From the NCBI GenBank assembly GCA_029856105.1, contig JAHQWH010000155.1:71699-135698 (forward strand): a DNA stretch of 64,000 bases, given 5' to 3'. A model generated the notes under the pieces. That model ran no database searches. It was given only the letters and a program-made list of their open reading frames with translations, and was not told the origin of the DNA. This stretch comes from Promethearchaeia archaeon (lineage in GTDB: Archaea; Asgardarchaeota; Lokiarchaeia; Sigyniarchaeales; SOKP01). A program made the position numbers and the translations under genes. Positions 20,543 to 30,377 of the stretch are shown here, piece by piece. The number at the start of each line of letters is the position of its first letter. The stretch's first letter is position 1.

Positions 20543-21379
20543 CTGTCAGAATTATACGCAGATGTTAATGGAATAAAATTATGCTATCAAATGCAAGGGC
20601 AAGAGTATCCCGTAATACTAGTACATGGTTTTGGAGGCAATAAAGAAGGCTGGATTGCCCAATATGGACCGTTGAGCGAAGAGTTTCAAGTTGTAAGATT
20701 TGATAACCGCAATGGAGGAGGATCCGATCGTCCAAATGAACCTCTTACTGTTGAGATATTAGCCGATGATGTTAGAGGATTAATGGACTACCTTAAAATC
20801 GAGAAAGCACACATTATTGGTTGGTCATTAGGGGGTATCATCGTTCAAAAATTTGCGTTAAAATATCCGAGTCGATTGGATAAATTAATATTAATTAATA
20901 CAGTCATGGGAGCTCCAAACGAACAGGGCGTTGAGTTGCTAAAAAAAAATATGATCGAAGAGTTAGAATTAAGAAAACAGGATCCCGAAGAAGATTTTTG
21001 GAGAGGTGCTAGGTTAGGTTTTTATTTAAAATTTAGGAAAGAAATGAAAGCAAATCCTAAAAAGAAATTCTATGGTTTATGGTCTGTAGAAGATCTAATT
21101 AAAAATTCAATAAAGGATCTACCCACGACTCAAGATATCATAAATCAATCAAACGCTCTCTTTAAAACGATTACATTAAATGATTTGAGTAAAATCAAAA
21201 ACCCTACATTATTATTAGCAGCTTCGCATGATAGATTAACTTCTAGTAATACTATGGCTGAAATGCATAAAGTTATACCAAATAGTACTTTAGAAATCAT
21301 TGATAAAGCTGGACATAGTTCACCCCATTCAAAAGCTCCGGAGATAAATAAAATTATAATCAATTTTTTAAAGAATTAA
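20543..21379 (+). CDS. Alpha/beta hydrolase (tandem paralog 2); probable CTG start
   Basis: GWSLGG, HD, AGH; upstream in-frame codons SELYADVNGIKLCYQ match the paralogs' N-termini, starting at CTG 20543 after AGGGGA. Confidence 0.88.
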   Translation: MSELYADVNGIKLCYQMQGQEYPVILVHGFGGNKEGWIAQYGPLSEEFQVVRFDNRNGGGSDRPNEPLTVEILADDVRGLMDYLKIEKAHIIGWSLGGIIVQKFALKYPSRLDKLILINTVMGAPNEQGVELLKKNMIEELELRKQDPEEDFWRGARLGFYLKFRKEMKANPKKKFYGLWSVEDLIKNSIKDLPTTQDIINQSNALFKTITLNDLSKIKNPTLLLAASHDRLTSSNTMAEMHKVIPNSTLEIIDKAGHSSPHSKAPEINKIIINFLKN

Positions 21380-21433
21380 ATATAGATTTAATAACAGAGA
21401 CTAATTAAAGAATTATTTCAACTAATTTAAAAG

Positions 21434-22282
21434 GTGTTTAATATAACTGAAAGTTTTGCGAATGTGAATAATATAAAGATTTGTTATGAAATTCGGGGCG
21501 ATGGTGATCCTGTTATTTTGATCCATGGATTTGGAGCAAAAAAGGAGGAATGGATTGGACAATTTTTACCATTGTCAGAACATTTTAAAGTAATAAGATT
21601 TGATAATCGGGGATCAGGTAAATCAGATAGACCAAACCAACCTTACACAATGGAATTATTTGCTAAGGATACCATTGAATTAATGGATTTTTTAAAAATT
21701 GAAAAAACACATATTATTGGATGGTCTGTTGGAGGAATGATTGCTCAGAATCTTGTATTAATGTTTCCAAACAGAGTAAATAAATTAGTCTTAATTAATA
21801 CACTTCCCTATTGGCCAGGGGAAAATACTGCCTTAGAGATGTATAAAGATAGCAAAATTTTAGCATACGAAGCAAGAATGAAAGATCCTGTAAAAGCTTT
21901 TTTTGATGGCATAACACCAAGTTTTACACGTAAATTTAAAAAAATCCTACTAGAAGATCCAAAAAAGAAAATTCATGGATTATTTTCCGCTGAAGATTTA
22001 ATTGAAATGGATAATACTGATCCTACAACACCGCAGGATATTATAAATTATACTCATGCACTAGGACATCATAATGTTCTTAATCGCTTACCAAACATTA
22101 AGAAGGAAACATTAATAATATGTGCTTCCCATGATCGTTCTACTCCAATGTCTATGAATGTTATGATTCATGAAAGAATTTCTAAGAGTGAAATAGTAAT
22201 AATTGAGAAAGCAGGTCATGGGTCACCTAAAGAGAGAGCACCAGAAATCAATCAACATATCATCAATTTTTTAAAGAAATAA
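21434..22282 (+). CDS. Alpha/beta hydrolase (tandem paralog 3)
   Basis: IHGFG, FDNRGSGKSD, GWSVGG, HD, AGH. Confidence 0.9.
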   Translation: MFNITESFANVNNIKICYEIRGDGDPVILIHGFGAKKEEWIGQFLPLSEHFKVIRFDNRGSGKSDRPNQPYTMELFAKDTIELMDFLKIEKTHIIGWSVGGMIAQNLVLMFPNRVNKLVLINTLPYWPGENTALEMYKDSKILAYEARMKDPVKAFFDGITPSFTRKFKKILLEDPKKKIHGLFSAEDLIEMDNTDPTTPQDIINYTHALGHHNVLNRLPNIKKETLIICASHDRSTPMSMNVMIHERISKSEIVIIEKAGHGSPKERAPEINQHIINFLKK

Positions 22283-22338
22283 GTTTTATCTTTTCATTTT
22301 TCTTTTTCTATATTATATTTAAAATTGAAAATTAGCAG

Positions 22339-23184
22339 ATGATTAAAATGAGTGATTTGTTCACAGAAGTTAATAATATTAAGATTTGTTATGAAGTTAA
22401 TGGTCAGGGTTATCCTATTATTTTAGTACATGGTTTTGCGATGTATAAAGAATTTTGGATAGCTCAAAAACCATTATCAGAACAATTTAAAGTAATTAAT
22501 CTAGATAATCGCGGCTGTGGAAAATCAGACCACCCAACTGAAACTTTTGATATGGAAACATTAGCTAAAGATATTAAGGATCTAATGGATTTCTTAAAAA
22601 TTGAAAAAGCACACATTATTGGACACTCATTAGGAGGAATGATTGCTCAACATTTTGCATTAGAATATCCAAATCGTATAAATAAATTAATTTTAATAGC
22701 AACTTTTCCTAATTTACCTTTAGACAAATCAGGATTAGAGATGTATAAGAAGAGCCAACTAGAGACTTATGAAGCGAAATTAAAAGATCCTATTAAAGCT
22801 TTTAATAATAAGATGAAACAAAGATTTACTCGAAATTTTTATAAATTAATGGTTCAAGAACCAAGTAGTAAATTTCACGGCTTATTTTCAACAGAAGACC
22901 TCATGGAAAATGAAAAGAATAAAGGTACTTCTAAAACTCAAGATATTATTAATCAAATAAATGCAATTTCAAAACATAATACCTTAGAACAACTTCATAA
23001 TATTAAACACAATACCTTAATCCTTGCAGGAGAGAAGGATCGAATTATTTCGAAGATTTCAAGTAATGAAATGCATAGTAAAATTCCAAATAACACCTTA
23101 AAAGTATTCAGTGGTAGTCATTATTTCCCTTTAGAAGAAGCTCCCGAAGTTAATAATATTATACTAAATTTCTTAAATGAGTAA
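22339..23184 (+). CDS. Alpha/beta hydrolase (tandem paralog 4)
   Basis: VHGF, LDNRGCGKSD, GHSLGG, GEKD, GSH. Confidence 0.9.
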   Translation: MIKMSDLFTEVNNIKICYEVNGQGYPIILVHGFAMYKEFWIAQKPLSEQFKVINLDNRGCGKSDHPTETFDMETLAKDIKDLMDFLKIEKAHIIGHSLGGMIAQHFALEYPNRINKLILIATFPNLPLDKSGLEMYKKSQLETYEAKLKDPIKAFNNKMKQRFTRNFYKLMVQEPSSKFHGLFSTEDLMENEKNKGTSKTQDIINQINAISKHNTLEQLHNIKHNTLILAGEKDRIISKISSNEMHSKIPNNTLKVFSGSHYFPLEEAPEVNNIILNFLNE

Positions 23185-23205
23185 TAAGTATAATTTTTCA
23201 TTTAT

Positions 23206-24396
23206 CTAGTTTTTATGTGCGAAAATTTTCTGGAAAGCCATGACAAATGGCGGGAAGGCAATAATTGCAACAGTAATTCCTAACCAGTAAGGAGGAAGCG
23301 TGTCAAGTATAAAAGGTCCAATAAGAGGCCCTAATATCTGAGCCATGCTATCTAATGCGGAAGAAAGTCCATTAATTTTGCCTTGTTCCTGAGGAGATGC
23401 TGTTTGGGTAATTTTACTAAGCATGGGACCTCGGGTTAAGGAGGCTGCAAAACTAATAAACATCATAAGAATAAAAAGAGCAAAAATATTTGTTGAAAAA
23501 CCCAATAAGAAAAAGCAGACTAGAAATGTAGCCAAACCCAAACGTATAGCATTATCTTCCCCAAGTTTCCTAATAGTTGGTTTAAAAAGAGTAAATCTTA
23601 TTCCTGTCCGAAATATTCCAGATGTCATAAATAAGATTGAAATGTCGATTGGCGTAAGATCTAGAACGCTAACACTGAAAAAGGAAAGGGAAGACATTAC
23701 AATGGTAAAGGATATTGTATGAAAGCCCCAGAGAGCTAAAATAGAGAGAGCACTTTTATTATCTCTTATTTTAGGCAAAACTTCAAACTTGCTTTCATGA
23801 GGTTGAATTCTTTTTTCCTTCGGCCATGTCTCTTCCAACATAGCTAGCGTAACAATAATTGTAATTACTGTTAGACCAGCTGCAAATAATCCAGGCCCTA
23901 AAAGACCAAACCACGTAAAAAGAACACCGCCGATTGCTGGTCCTATTAGAGATGCTAACACATGGGCGATCCCAACGTTAGCCATTTGAATACCTCTATC
24001 TTTTGGTGGAACTTTATCGCTTATGATAGCTTTAGCAATTGGAAAATTTCCTCCAAATATTCCATCAATCATGCGTGCTAAAAATAACATCCATAATGTG
24101 TTTGAAAAAGCGGTTAATATAAACGCTAAACATGTACCGAATTGAGAAATCAAAAGTAATGGTCTTCTCCCATATTTATCACTGAGTTTTGCTAAGATTG
24201 GCCCAAAAACAAAGCCGAACATCGCATTAATAGAGAATATTAATCCGATCATCGTCATAGAGGTATCAAAGAGATCACTGAAAAAACCCACCATAGGAAA
24301 GAAAAGCGTGAACCCAAGTACATCAATGAAAATAGCAATCCATAAGGGCGTTAATATTCGATATTTGAATAATTTTCTATTGTTATTTTCGGTCAT
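23206..24396 (-). CDS. MFS transporter, TetA/DHA1-like
   Basis: LSDKYGRRP motif A, ARMIDGIFGG, GPAIGG motif C, 12 hydrophobic segments. Confidence 0.9.
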   Translation of the reverse strand: MTENNNRKLFKYRILTPLWIAIFIDVLGFTLFFPMVGFFSDLFDTSMTMIGLIFSINAMFGFVFGPILAKLSDKYGRRPLLLISQFGTCLAFILTAFSNTLWMLFLARMIDGIFGGNFPIAKAIISDKVPPKDRGIQMANVGIAHVLASLIGPAIGGVLFTWFGLLGPGLFAAGLTVITIIVTLAMLEETWPKEKRIQPHESKFEVLPKIRDNKSALSILALWGFHTISFTIVMSSLSFFSVSVLDLTPIDISILFMTSGIFRTGIRFTLFKPTIRKLGEDNAIRLGLATFLVCFFLLGFSTNIFALFILMMFISFAASLTRGPMLSKITQTASPQEQGKINGLSSALDSMAQILGPLIGPFILDTLPPYWLGITVAIIAFPPFVMAFQKIFAHKN

Positions 24397-24710
24397 ATTT
24401 TAAATATCCTAAATTATTTTTAAGAAGAATAAGACAAGAATGCTCATAATATTCCCTAAACTTATCAAGTAAAATTGATGATGACTATTAAATTATGTTA
24501 AAAAATATTTTGTATTTCTTATATAGATAAGATTTTAGCTTAAGTAATTTTACTTATAAGACTCTCTGTTTCAATAATTTTATATGTGAATACTAGATGA
24601 TTAATCTAGCAAAAAATAGTTAAAAGTTATTTATCATCCTTCAAAAAGAGGTTAATTTTAAAATTCATTAGAGTTATTTTGTTTTTAAGAAAAAAAAAGT
24701 ATCGTAATTA

Positions 24711-25847
24711 ATGATGTCTGAAACTTATGAAAACTTTATGATTTATGGATTAGAAAGTACCGGAGAAAAAGTAAGGTTAGATATAACAGAAGAAGATTTT
24801 CGCGCTAATAATGGAACGAACGTATTAAATCCTTTCCAAGTACTAGTTATCGTAAAAGAAGGGTTGAGGAGAATCTACATTTGGAAGGGTATTGAGTCCC
24901 CCGTTAGAAAAAAGTTTATTGCGTCGCAAGTCGCAGCACAATTACAAAACGATTTAGTCGTTAATGGCCATTTTCATAGGTGTAAGATAATTTCGGTCGA
25001 CCAAGGAGACGAACCACGCGATTTTTTGAGAGCGTTTGATTTTGAATCAACAGAAATTCCAGAAATCTCAGAAGCTGACAAAAGCGAGTTTAGACAGATT
25101 AACTCTATTTCTACGGGTACAACATCTAAAACTATAGAAAAGAAGGTTTATCAATGGGGGGGACCTCCTCCTGCTTTAAAAGCTAATAGTACAATCATCA
25201 AACAAACAAGAGAATCCGATAAAGCAATTACGCCAAAAATTAAAGACATTAATAAACCTCCCGAATTAGATACTAAGAAAATTATCGAAAAGATTGTAGC
25301 AAACGAGGTCCCAGCCAATTTTAAGCGTCAAAATTTGATTTTAGGTAACTTCGAAATTTACGGAGCAGTTATCAAGAAAGCTAAAATTTTCGGAAAAGAA
25401 GTAGAAGAGATCGATTGGGAACCAGTTAACTCCTTACCTCACGAAGTAGTCGAGCTAGATAATCGCACTTTAAGAATTTATTTCGATGGAGAAAATGGGA
25501 CAATCAAAGGACTAGAAATACTTCAAAAAATGGGTGCTCCTCAAATTGAAAAAAAAGATAGCAAAATAGATTATAATAAATGGACAGTAAAAGATTTGAA
25601 GCAATATTGCCAAGAACGCAACATAAAAATACCATCGTGGTATAAAAAAGCAGATATTATAAAGCTTATTCAATACGGGCCCACTCAAGATGCTACTGAA
25701 CAAAAAATTGACTATAACAAGTGGACGGTAAAACTACTAAAGGAATTCTGTCAAAAAAATAATATTAAGGTTCCATCTTCCTATAGAAAAGCGGATATCA
25801 TACAACTTGTGAATGATTTTAATAATAGTATACCAAATAAAGATTAA
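24711..25847 (+). CDS. Gelsolin-like domain protein with two C-terminal HeH/SAP/Rho-N-like repeats
   Basis: IYIWKGIESPVRKKFIASQVAAQL...ISVDQGDEPRDFL matches the gelsolin repeat signature (W.G..s......a...a..l...v.qG.Ep..F); two WTVKxLKxxC...KADII repeats at the end. Confidence 0.75.
   Translation: MMSETYENFMIYGLESTGEKVRLDITEEDFRANNGTNVLNPFQVLVIVKEGLRRIYIWKGIESPVRKKFIASQVAAQLQNDLVVNGHFHRCKIISVDQGDEPRDFLRAFDFESTEIPEISEADKSEFRQINSISTGTTSKTIEKKVYQWGGPPPALKANSTIIKQTRESDKAITPKIKDINKPPELDTKKIIEKIVANEVPANFKRQNLILGNFEIYGAVIKKAKIFGKEVEEIDWEPVNSLPHEVVELDNRTLRIYFDGENGTIKGLEILQKMGAPQIEKKDSKIDYNKWTVKDLKQYCQERNIKIPSWYKKADIIKLIQYGPTQDATEQKIDYNKWTVKLLKEFCQKNNIKVPSSYRKADIIQLVNDFNNSIPNKD
25563..25811 (+). repeat. 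Intragenic duplication, two 36-aa units 141 nt apart
   Basis: KIDYNKWTVKDLKQYCQERNIKIPSWYKKADIIKLI versus KIDYNKWTVKLLKEFCQKNNIKVPSSYRKADIIQLV. Confidence 0.9.
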
Positions 25848-26131
25848 ATCAATTACTTTTTTAATAAATTTCTCCATATTTGCCCCCTCCATTCTCTTAA
25901 ATAAATGCTTAAACAATATATTAAACGATGGAAAATCGTTTAATTCTTTATTTAGTAAATTTCTATTAAACTATATTTAGGGACTTTAGATAAAATAATC
26001 TCTCGTAATTTCATAATAAGAAATAATAGAAAATTACATTAAACTACAAAAATTTCAGAATACAAATAAAAAGCATTTAAATAAAAAATGAAGTAAAATT
26101 TACTGAAATCACTTAAAAAGTAAGTAATCTT

Positions 26132-27172
26132 ATGAAAACAAAATCGCAGATTAATATTTTGACCTATATAGGCCGCAGAATATTAATTTCAATTCCTGTT
26201 TTATTTGGGATCATAACAATAGCCTTTTTAATTAGTAGGGCGGTTCCAGGTGATCCTGCTCTTAATAGGCTTCCTGTTCAAGCCCTTGGTAGATTATATG
26301 AAGCGGAACGAGAGAAATTAGGATTAAATCAACCAATTATTGTACAATATTTAATATTTATAAGATTAATATTAACCGGGGATTGGGGATATTCATTAGT
26401 AATATCACCAGATACCGAAATCTGGTTTCTGATATGGGAGCGTTTGCCAAGAACATTAGAACTTATCTTCATAAGCATGTTCATTGCAACATATATAGGA
26501 CTTAAAATAGGGAAAAAAACAGCTTTTAAAAGAAATAAATTTCAAGATAGTATGAGTAGAGTTATACTTTATTTGATTATGGCTATTCCGGGATATTTAA
26601 TAGCATTGTCTACTTTATATTATTTCTCAGCTACGGATATTAAATTATTTCCTTTTTGGGGCTATAAAACGCCAGGCATAGGAGACCCACCTACGATTAC
26701 TTACTCTCGAATAATAGATTCACTATTAGTTTTTAGGTTTGATATTACAATTGATTATTTATATCATTTATTTGTTCCAATTATTACACTGGTTATTATT
26801 CAACTTGTAATAATAACTAGGCATACCAGATCAAGTATGATAACTATTTTACAGCAAGATTATATTCGAACTGCCATAGCAAAGGGAGTAGATGATAAAA
26901 CAGTGCTTAAAAAACATGCACTAAAAAATGCTATTCCGCCTGTAATTACTCAAATTACAATGGGTTTTCCTACTCTACTTGGAACTATGATACCAATTGA
27001 AGTAGCGTTAGAGATTAAGGGGATTGGTCAATGGTTTAATAATGCAGTATACCTCAAAGATTATAATATAATTGTTGCATTAGTATTTGTATACGGAATA
27101 ATAGCAATATCTTTCAATCTAATTGCAGATATTGCATATTCAATAGCAGATCCAAGAATAAGATATAAATAA
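26132..27172 (+). CDS. Di/oligopeptide ABC transporter permease (DppB/OppB family), orphan
   Basis: PGDPA, GDWGYS, RLPRTLEL, QDYIRTAIAKG (EAA loop), HALKNA, DPRIRY. Confidence 0.92.
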   Translation: MKTKSQINILTYIGRRILISIPVLFGIITIAFLISRAVPGDPALNRLPVQALGRLYEAEREKLGLNQPIIVQYLIFIRLILTGDWGYSLVISPDTEIWFLIWERLPRTLELIFISMFIATYIGLKIGKKTAFKRNKFQDSMSRVILYLIMAIPGYLIALSTLYYFSATDIKLFPFWGYKTPGIGDPPTITYSRIIDSLLVFRFDITIDYLYHLFVPIITLVIIQLVIITRHTRSSMITILQQDYIRTAIAKGVDDKTVLKKHALKNAIPPVITQITMGFPTLLGTMIPIEVALEIKGIGQWFNNAVYLKDYNIIVALVFVYGIIAISFNLIADIAYSIADPRIRYK

Positions 27173-27248
27173 CCCCTAAAGAATTAACAGTGGTTATTAA
27201 AAAATTATCAAAATAATGAAAATAAAAAAATTACTAAATTAAATTTAC

Positions 27249-30215
27249 TTAATCCTGAGAAGCGTAGAAATCGTCGAAATTCTCTTGTAATTGATCTATG
27301 TATAGCTTTCTCTTTCCAGGTATAACTTTTTCTGTAAGCATTTTTGCTTTCGCGTAGCAGGTGGCTGCTTCTACGCGCATTCCTAAGTGTTTATAAGACT
27401 TGGCTAATTTTAGAAAAGTGTGAAATGCGAACCAACCTCTTGGGTTAGCTTCTAAAGCCTGGGTAAATTTCTCGATAGCACCTTTATAATTTTCTGAGTT
27501 CATCAATACTTCTCCATAGGTATCATACAGGTTTGCATCGAGAGGATGGAGTTCGATAGCTTTTTCAATTGTCTCAATCGCTTCATCGTATCTTCCGATA
27601 TTACTCAATGAAATGGCTCTATTGTTTAATAACCCTGAAGAATCCGGATAAAGGTCTAAGGCTTCGTCAAGAGTCTTGATCACTTCTAAATATTTACCCA
27701 TCGTGTAATACGTAAAACTTTTCAGTTGATACAGCGACTTACGCTCCTGTGGAAATCTTTTCATCATCTCATCGATTAGTGCCATTAATTCACCTTTCAT
27801 ATTATCGTTCGGGAGATATAAGTAAATTTTTGTAGCATGGAAATCGTAGTGGTCAGGGCTTAGTTCAATTGCTTTTTCAATTTCAACTAAAGCCTCTACT
27901 ATCCCATTTGTCTCATTTAAAATATAACTATAAAGTTGATAATACCTAGACAACTGTTTTTCACTCGGCTCCATTGATATCGCCTTCTCAAATTCTTCAA
28001 CATAGAGCTTTTTGTCTGCTTTATTCGCGTCAAAATTGTATACAATGTTAAATCCGTGAACTAATCCAGTAATAATATGAGAAAGTGGGTGGTTTGCGTA
28101 ATGAAATTTTACCTTGTTGACGATGTCTAAGGCTTTCTCGAATTTTCCTCGTGCTAAATACGAAAAGGATAGTATCAAATACGCTGCCGTATCAACACGG
28201 GGGTTACGCTTGAGTAAATTGAATTCAACTACCTGTTTAATCCAATCTTTTCCCTCTTTGTACTTATTTGTAACCGTGTATAATAGAGCTTTCATTACTG
28301 AGAGTTCCAAGTCCTTAGGATTTGCTTCAATTAATAAATTAATAAGTTCCAAAGGTTCGTCAATCGATTTTACACAGCACTCTTTGTCTGTTAGGAGGCA
28401 CAGGAATTTAGTTCGTTGGAGCAAAAAATTATCAGGATGTTCAGCTAATGCTTCTTCAACAACGTCTAAAGCTTTATTGTGATCCAGATTTATTAATATT
28501 TGTGCTTTTTGAGCAATAAGCGACACATCGTAAGTCCTGCTTAACCCTGATTCGATTGTTTCTAAAGCTCTACTGTGATTACCCATAAAGAAATAGGTTA
28601 TTGATTGAAATAAATAACCAATATATTCGTCAGGGTGTTTTATGATGATTTCTTCAGTTAGCTCGAGCGAATCCTCTAACTCTCCGTTGTATGTGTAAAA
28701 TAAATCTTTCAGAAGCAATAACTCGATATCAGTTAAATTCTTTAGATTCTCTGTAAGTAAGTCGTTTACTTTAGATTGTTTCCCTCTCGTTAATTTATGT
28801 TCAATTTTTGTCAAAAATTCCGAATTCTTAGGAAAGTATGTCTTTTTGAACTGAGATGTTCTAATAAAGTTAATTTTAGTCAAATAGAATATGTCCAAAG
28901 TATCAAAAATTCTGTTGTGTAAGAAATAATACGCTTCGCTATCGGCTGGTTTGTTCATCGTACTCGCCGTATCAGATGTATCAAAACTTTGAATTACCTC
29001 GAAAACGTTTTGAAAGGCGATCCCTTTTATTTTATCTGTGTGGTTGATCAAATTCTTCTCGCTCTCAAATTTATAGGCCAAATGCTCGATATACTCGGGA
29101 ATGAATTTTTTTAAAGCCGGTTTCAACTCGTCGTGGAATAAATTACTACACATTTCGCCGGTTATATCTTCAAGTAACTCGTTGATATCGGGTATGTGAT
29201 ATTGAACTCCATTTGCTTTCTGGAATTTACTCAAATACGTAAACTTCCTAATATAATCCTCGATAATTACATTGAGCATTTTTTCTAACCGCTCTTCTGC
29301 CTGAATGTAGTATGTGTATTTATTGCTCACATTTAATTTAAAGAAGCGTATCGGGTAGATGTTATCTTCAACGATCTTCTCAATGAAGAAGTTCAGTGTT
29401 GTTAGCTTTATATCGTATTCTAAAGCAAAATCTTTAGATGTGATGTAGTTAGGGTATTGATCCGGGTGATTAATAGCGAGATAAAGCAAAATTTTATCAA
29501 AATCCACCTCGTCGGATAAAGTGCTTTCAACCTTAGTATAATCCAACCTAAGTACCATATTCAAAAATCTGTATTTTATCCCGTCATCATAGATATCGTA
29601 ATCGTTAAAAAACTCTGTTACCTTGTCTGTTATTACCTCAACTCTCTTAATCTCTTCGTTTAATATTGATTGGCGATCCAAATCGTATTTTTTTAACATA
29701 TTAAAGTATTCTAGTTCACCTGAATTAGTAATCTGATACTCGCGGTTACTTTTTTCGATATAACCATTATCTAGTAAAATATTTATATTCTTTGACAATG
29801 AAGATTGATTAATTCTGAGTGGTTCCTCAAGGAAATCTGACCATTTACAATGGTGGTTATTATATAACATCCATAGAATCCAATCGTCGTAATTTCTCTT
29901 ATTTGTTATAATCTCAGGTGGATAATTCAACGTTTTTTCTAGCGCATCTTTAACTTGAAGATCGGCATACTGTTGACGACCCTCAGCTGTAATCTTATAC
30001 TTACCCTTTGTCTCCTTCTCAATAAAACCATTATTAATTAATATTGCAAGATATTTCGACAAAGTTGCTTGACTTATATTTACAGGATCCGATTTAAAAT
30101 CAGACCATGAACAATGGTCGTTATTATAGAGCATCCAGAGTATAATATGCTCAAAATCTTTGTTGATTTTCATAGGAGTAATTATACCTTCAGGTGGAAA
30201 TTTTGGTACACTCAT
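27249..30215 (-). CDS. Large putative regulator: tandem N-terminal winged helix-turn-helix domains plus C-terminal TPR repeats
   Basis: Two repeats ILWMLYNN..C.WSDF...I.Q..LSK.....L..G.IEK....Y.IT..G (MarR/ArsR-like wHTH); C-terminal TPRs such as NNRAISLSNIGRYDEAIETIEKAIELHP and DTYGEVLMNSENYKGAIEKFTQALEANP. Confidence 0.85.
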   Translation of the reverse strand: MSVPKFPPEGIITPMKINKDFEHIILWMLYNNDHCSWSDFKSDPVNISQATLSKYLAILINNGFIEKETKGKYKITAEGRQQYADLQVKDALEKTLNYPPEIITNKRNYDDWILWMLYNNHHCKWSDFLEEPLRINQSSLSKNINILLDNGYIEKSNREYQITNSGELEYFNMLKKYDLDRQSILNEEIKRVEVITDKVTEFFNDYDIYDDGIKYRFLNMVLRLDYTKVESTLSDEVDFDKILLYLAINHPDQYPNYITSKDFALEYDIKLTTLNFFIEKIVEDNIYPIRFFKLNVSNKYTYYIQAEERLEKMLNVIIEDYIRKFTYLSKFQKANGVQYHIPDINELLEDITGEMCSNLFHDELKPALKKFIPEYIEHLAYKFESEKNLINHTDKIKGIAFQNVFEVIQSFDTSDTASTMNKPADSEAYYFLHNRIFDTLDIFYLTKINFIRTSQFKKTYFPKNSEFLTKIEHKLTRGKQSKVNDLLTENLKNLTDIELLLLKDLFYTYNGELEDSLELTEEIIIKHPDEYIGYLFQSITYFFMGNHSRALETIESGLSRTYDVSLIAQKAQILINLDHNKALDVVEEALAEHPDNFLLQRTKFLCLLTDKECCVKSIDEPLELINLLIEANPKDLELSVMKALLYTVTNKYKEGKDWIKQVVEFNLLKRNPRVDTAAYLILSFSYLARGKFEKALDIVNKVKFHYANHPLSHIITGLVHGFNIVYNFDANKADKKLYVEEFEKAISMEPSEKQLSRYYQLYSYILNETNGIVEALVEIEKAIELSPDHYDFHATKIYLYLPNDNMKGELMALIDEMMKRFPQERKSLYQLKSFTYYTMGKYLEVIKTLDEALDLYPDSSGLLNNRAISLSNIGRYDEAIETIEKAIELHPLDANLYDTYGEVLMNSENYKGAIEKFTQALEANPRGWFAFHTFLKLAKSYKHLGMRVEAATCYAKAKMLTEKVIPGKRKLYIDQLQENFDDFYASQD
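29706..30200 (-). repeat. Internal duplication of wHTH domain (aa ~6-83 and ~98-170)
   Basis: FPPEGIIT...FEHIILWMLYNNDHCSWSDF versus YPPEIIT...YDDWILWMLYNNHHCKWSDF. Confidence 0.9.
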
Positions 30216-30236
30216 GATTAAATAATGGTTTTGTAT

Positions 30237-30244
30237 CTATATAA
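30237..30244 (-). promoter_or_regulatory. Probable TATA box of the wHTH-TPR gene (leaderless transcript)
   Basis: Minus strand AAAAAACC-TTATATAG ending about 22 nt before the ATG at 30215. Confidence 0.6.
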
Positions 30245-30260
30245 GGTTTTTTATTCGCAT

Positions 30261-30286
30261 CGAACTTCGAAGTTCGTTCGAACTTC
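30261..30286. promoter_or_regulatory. Candidate operator: three alternating copies of CGAACTTC
   Basis: CGAACTTC (30261-68), GAAGTTCG (30269-76), TT, CGAACTTC (30279-86); forms a perfect 16-bp palindrome and an overlapping 8-2-8 inverted repeat. Confidence 0.7.
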
Positions 30287-30298
30287 CTAAAGTTAAAC

Positions 30299-30306
30299 TA
30301 TATAAG
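30299..30306 (+). promoter_or_regulatory. Probable TATA box for the small-ORF array
   Basis: TATATAAG just downstream of the operator, 72 nt before ATG 30378. Confidence 0.55.
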
Positions 30307-30377
30307 AACTGCGAATCTAATAAAATTATCAACAAAAAAAGAACTTAAAAAAAAAAAAAGTAAAAAAGTGAAAAAAA

